Source of the DNA: Ignavibacteriales bacterium | GTDB taxonomy: Bacteria > Bacteroidota > Ignavibacteria > UBA10030 > SZUA-254 | DNA length: 64,000 bases | NCBI GenBank assembly: GCA_016218025.1 | Contig: JACRFD010000079.1 | Location: forward strand, 243-64,242 | Reading direction: 5' to 3' | In this document: piece by piece, positions 60,862 through 64,000 of the stretch | Numbering within the stretch: the first letter of the stretch is position 1 | How the letters are laid out: the number at the start of each line of letters is the position of its first letter | The notes under the pieces: generated by a model | Told to the model about the DNA's origin: nothing | Databases searched by the model: none | What the model saw: only the letters and a program-made list of their open reading frames with translations | Position numbers and translations under genes: made by a program

Positions 60862-62355
60862 TTGAACTCAACATCACAACTGATTCAAGTTCGTTTTCCA
60901 CTTCTACTCAAAATTTTAGCAGGCTACGGCTTGATTATCCTGTTCTTTACACTCTCTACTTGGACTGTGCTGGAAGAACTTTTCCCCGGTGATCAGCCGG
61001 TTTTTAGAACTTTATCGTTGATTCGTTATATCGACAAAGTAATTAATGTTGAAATTACAGCCGGCGATAAATTTGTTGCAACCCTCGACTCAAATAATTA
61101 TAAAAGATATTCACTGTCTAAAGGAGAACTTATAAAATCATGCGATTCTTTGCGGACTCTATTAGATGTTGACTCATTAAAGGAAGTACTGAATTCAATT
61201 ATTTTATTGCATAAAGAATATGATGCTGAAGTTTCCAAGCAACTCGAGAAGAAATCTACAAACAAAGAAATTCTGGAATTTAGCAAACTTGAACCTCAAC
61301 TTTCGATCATCAAGGAATTGAGGACAGCTGTAGAAAAACTTAATGAGATGTTTTTACCGATCTTAGATAATGCTATCAAACGATATAATCAAAAAATGAG
61401 CGATGCGGTTTCAATTGTGAGATGGGCTATCGGATTATCGCTGGTTGTTGGAAGTGCGATTGCATTTTTATTGGTAAGAATGTTCATTAAACCTATACGG
61501 GCATTGCAGCTTGGTACACAAAAAGTCGCGGATGCTCAGTATGAAACCGTTCCTATAACTTCTAACGACGAGATCGCAGATTTGACACGTGCATTTAATT
61601 TAATGAGTGAGAAGTTAAAACAACTCGATGATATGCGAATGCAAATGATGTCGGAGATATCTCATGAAATGCGTACTCCGCTTCAGGTGATAAAAGCCGG
61701 CTGCTATTCAATAGTTCACGCAAAGGATGGTGTTCCACTAACACAAAAACAAAAAGATGCTGTTGGTATGATTCATCAGGCAACAAATAGAATTAATAAT
61801 TTCGTCAATTCATTTTTGGATATTGCCAAGATGGAGGCTGGTTTGATGAAATTTAATTTTGAGCAACATAATTTAATCGAAATATTCACTCCGCTTGTTC
61901 AGGAAGCACAACTGATTGCACAGACACGGCAGATCAAGCTTGATTTTTTGTACGATCAAATTCCGGTTTTGCAGTTAGATAAAGAAAGAATAAGTCAGGC
62001 ATTAAGCAACCTGTTGTCTAATGCTTTAAAATACACTCCCGATGATGGAATAATTATTATTTATGTTAAAAAAGCTCTTGCATCATTACATGAGGGTAAG
62101 GCGCCGGTTGATTGTATACGTATCGATGTAACAGATACGGGGGTTGGCATACCCGAGGGTGATATCGGGAGATTATTTAATAAGTTTTATCAAGCTAAAA
62201 ATATTCCGCTTGTAAAAGAAAAAGGATCGGGTCTGGGATTGGCGTTAGTGAAACATGTATCAGAAGCCCATGGGGGCAGAGTCGGTGTACAAAGTGAAGT
62301 GGGCAAAGGTTCTACATTCACGATGATATTACCTTTCAAGCAGGAAACCCATTGA
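60862..62355 (+). CDS. membrane HAMP sensor histidine kinase
   Basis: Two TM, HAMP (DEIADLTRAFN), SHEMRTPL, NALKYT and GSGLGL; promoter TTGACT-17-TATCTT at 60789-60817. Confidence 0.93.
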   Translation: MNSTSQLIQVRFPLLLKILAGYGLIILFFTLSTWTVLEELFPGDQPVFRTLSLIRYIDKVINVEITAGDKFVATLDSNNYKRYSLSKGELIKSCDSLRTLLDVDSLKEVLNSIILLHKEYDAEVSKQLEKKSTNKEILEFSKLEPQLSIIKELRTAVEKLNEMFLPILDNAIKRYNQKMSDAVSIVRWAIGLSLVVGSAIAFLLVRMFIKPIRALQLGTQKVADAQYETVPITSNDEIADLTRAFNLMSEKLKQLDDMRMQMMSEISHEMRTPLQVIKAGCYSIVHAKDGVPLTQKQKDAVGMIHQATNRINNFVNSFLDIAKMEAGLMKFNFEQHNLIEIFTPLVQEAQLIAQTRQIKLDFLYDQIPVLQLDKERISQALSNLLSNALKYTPDDGIIIIYVKKALASLHEGKAPVDCIRIDVTDTGVGIPEGDIGRLFNKFYQAKNIPLVKEKGSGLGLALVKHVSEAHGGRVGVQSEVGKGSTFTMILPFKQETH

Positions 62356-62792
62356 TGCAAAATTTATCCTCTGCTGCCGAGTATGTTCGGCAGGTCGAAG
62401 AATTCGCAGGTAAAAAATTCAAATATTTCGAAGAAATATATCGCCTTGTTGAAACTGCCGATAAAAAAAATCTAAATTCTAAATTGGACGACTTATTGTT
62501 TGTTGCTAAATTTATTGTGAAAGCGAATAATATTTTAATACGTGTTGGTCCAGGGCAGCAGGATACTGAAAAAATGACGGTTGAATATGCTCTTAATCTA
62601 AACAAGGCAGTTTTAATAATTGATGAAATTGCCGGAGATTCAATTGCATCTCTGAATAGAATGGTCGATGATTTGAGAGGATTGAATTCCGGTGACAGAC
62701 TTGATTCTTTCATCAATTTTATGTACGAATTAAGCTGGTTGAAAAATTATACTTTAGATAGAAAGGGCGAGCGATTAGATGAAAACAGCTAA
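62352..62792 (+). CDS. hypothetical protein
   Basis: 146 aa helical-looking ORF overlapping both neighbours. Confidence 0.65.
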   Translation: MMQNLSSAAEYVRQVEEFAGKKFKYFEEIYRLVETADKKNLNSKLDDLLFVAKFIVKANNILIRVGPGQQDTEKMTVEYALNLNKAVLIIDEIAGDSIASLNRMVDDLRGLNSGDRLDSFINFMYELSWLKNYTLDRKGERLDENS

Positions 62793-63294
62793 GACTTGGA
62801 AGATATCCTTGGCGCTTATTGTTGTGGGTACGATTGTTTGGCTGGGTGGAATAAATATCAGAGGCATGGTGGGATTTGATCTGCTACAAGTTGGAACGCT
62901 CGATTTTAAACCTAATATACATCCATTCGTTGAACGAGCGGTTTTCGGTTTGATAGCTCAAAGCTCAATGGTTATATATGTTGCCTATGTATTTATCTGG
63001 GTAAGTGGAATCGTGTTCTTGAAAACATCGCCGTTTCGATTAAAAGAGAACGGTTGGTTAATGGTAACAGCGATCATCTTTTATCTTTTTACACCTGTAG
63101 AAATTTATAGTATGGTTTTAGATCTGAAGATGTGGTATTTAGATCACCTTGGATCAAATGATCTTGTAGAGTTTCGAAAATTGTTAATCCATCGGCTTGC
63201 AGCTCTTTCGGGCGTGCCGATGATTGCTCTTTTAAGTTATTACACGGCTATTGTCATTGCAACTATACAGCCGATGAAAAAGCAGTTATCATAA
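62779..63294 (+). CDS. hypothetical membrane protein (about 4 TM)
   Basis: Hydrophobic segments; operon context. Confidence 0.75.
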   Translation: MKTAKTWKISLALIVVGTIVWLGGINIRGMVGFDLLQVGTLDFKPNIHPFVERAVFGLIAQSSMVIYVAYVFIWVSGIVFLKTSPFRLKENGWLMVTAIIFYLFTPVEIYSMVLDLKMWYLDHLGSNDLVEFRKLLIHRLAALSGVPMIALLSYYTAIVIATIQPMKKQLS

Positions 63295-63323
63295 TGAAAT
63301 AATATTTATATCTGTTTTATTCC

Positions 63324-64000
63324 ATGACTTTCTCTTGGCGAAACCAGATCGGTATTTTAATAATCTGCGTGATATTTTTTATCCTGGGTTTATTACGACT
63401 CAATGATCTTACAATCTACACCCCCGATAGCAGCAGGTATCTGATTTTTGCAAATTCACTTTCTCATGGTAACGGATTCGTCGACGAGACCCAGCCGGAG
63501 CCGGATCGTTTTGTAGTTCAGGCACCGTTATATCCAGTTCTGCTCGCACCTGTTCAGTGGTTCTATCCGATGTCACTTGAAGTATCGAAGATATGGACTC
63601 TTCTTTGGGGTGTGTTAGCAATACTGTTATTTTACCGATGGATACTTAAATTGGGTTCTCCTCAGGTGGCTTTATTTGCCGCAATGTTGTTCGCATTTAA
63701 TCCACTCACAATTGTTTACAGTTCGGAAGTTTTGTCGGAAGCACCGTTTCTTGTTTTTACATTTCTTGCGTTGATTTATTTCGATAAGGAATATAGTAAA
63801 TCTAAAAATTGGTATCTATTCATCATTTTTATTATAGCAATAACTTTTCTGCGTGAGATCGGCGTTGTTTTCGCATTAGCAAGTGTAATTTTTCTCTTTC
63901 TCTCAAAGAAATATAAAAATGCATTTTCAATATTGTTCATTATCTCACTTAGCTTGAGTTTATGGTATGCCCGCAATCATTATTTTATTGGAGCAGATCC
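63324..64000 (+). CDS. ArnT/PMT-like (GT-C) membrane glycosyltransferase, truncated by window end
   Basis: Read manually: MTFSWRNQ...YTPDSSRY...APLYPVLLA...FNPLTIVYSSEVLSEAPF. Open to the edge and missing from the ORF track. Confidence 0.8.
   Translation, partial: MTFSWRNQIGILIICVIFFILGLLRLNDLTIYTPDSSRYLIFANSLSHGNGFVDETQPEPDRFVVQAPLYPVLLAPVQWFYPMSLEVSKIWTLLWGVLAILLFYRWILKLGSPQVALFAAMLFAFNPLTIVYSSEVLSEAPFLVFTFLALIYFDKEYSKSKNWYLFIIFIIAITFLREIGVVFALASVIFLFLSKKYKNAFSILFIISLSLSLWYARNHYFIGAD

Noticed and set aside
565-62716. Numerous 60-160 aa ORFs antisense to or nested in long genes
   Set aside because: No motifs, SD or signal features; expected shadow ORFs of well-supported genes.
63409-63976. 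Two minus-strand track ORFs
   Set aside because: Shadows of the + strand GT-C gene starting at 63324 that runs off the window.

Overview
64 kb of an AT-rich bacterial chromosome, most consistent with Ignavibacteriota or a related Bacteroidota-Chlorobiota lineage. Supporting signs are six secreted proteins with 'QNYPNPFNP' C-terminal sorting domains, a fused lpxC-fabZ, tandem skp genes, three-gene sdhCAB, frequent Gln after predicted signal peptides, and TTGnnn-17-TAnnnT sigma70 promoters. Layout: (1) 1-6.6 kb, co-oriented accessory genes interspersed with gene remnants; (2) 6.6-20.5 kb, methyltransferase, M28 peptidase, hydrolase, TonB, GT4, a PlpD-like patatin barrel, an archease-rtcB pair, a 315 bp DnaA-box-rich gap and a hybrid kinase; (3) 20.5-38.9 kb, an island of sorting-domain cargo proteins enclosing a MauE-like / thioredoxin-like / 8-Cys secreted peptide operon; (4) 39-64 kb, mostly housekeeping (surE, panB, lpxA, lpxC-fabZ, lpxD, skp x2, bamA, uppS, ybaB, recR, ftsX, sdhCAB) plus signalling genes. 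The best leads are the mauE-mauD-like operon with a disulfide-rich 42-aa peptide, two palindromic elements inserted in frame into one sorting domain, a family of 6-3-6 hairpin REP-like repeats, a candidate oriC, and an apparently leaderless archease-rtcB unit. No rRNA, tRNA, CRISPR array or transposase was recognised. All calls come from reading motifs by eye; no searches were run.
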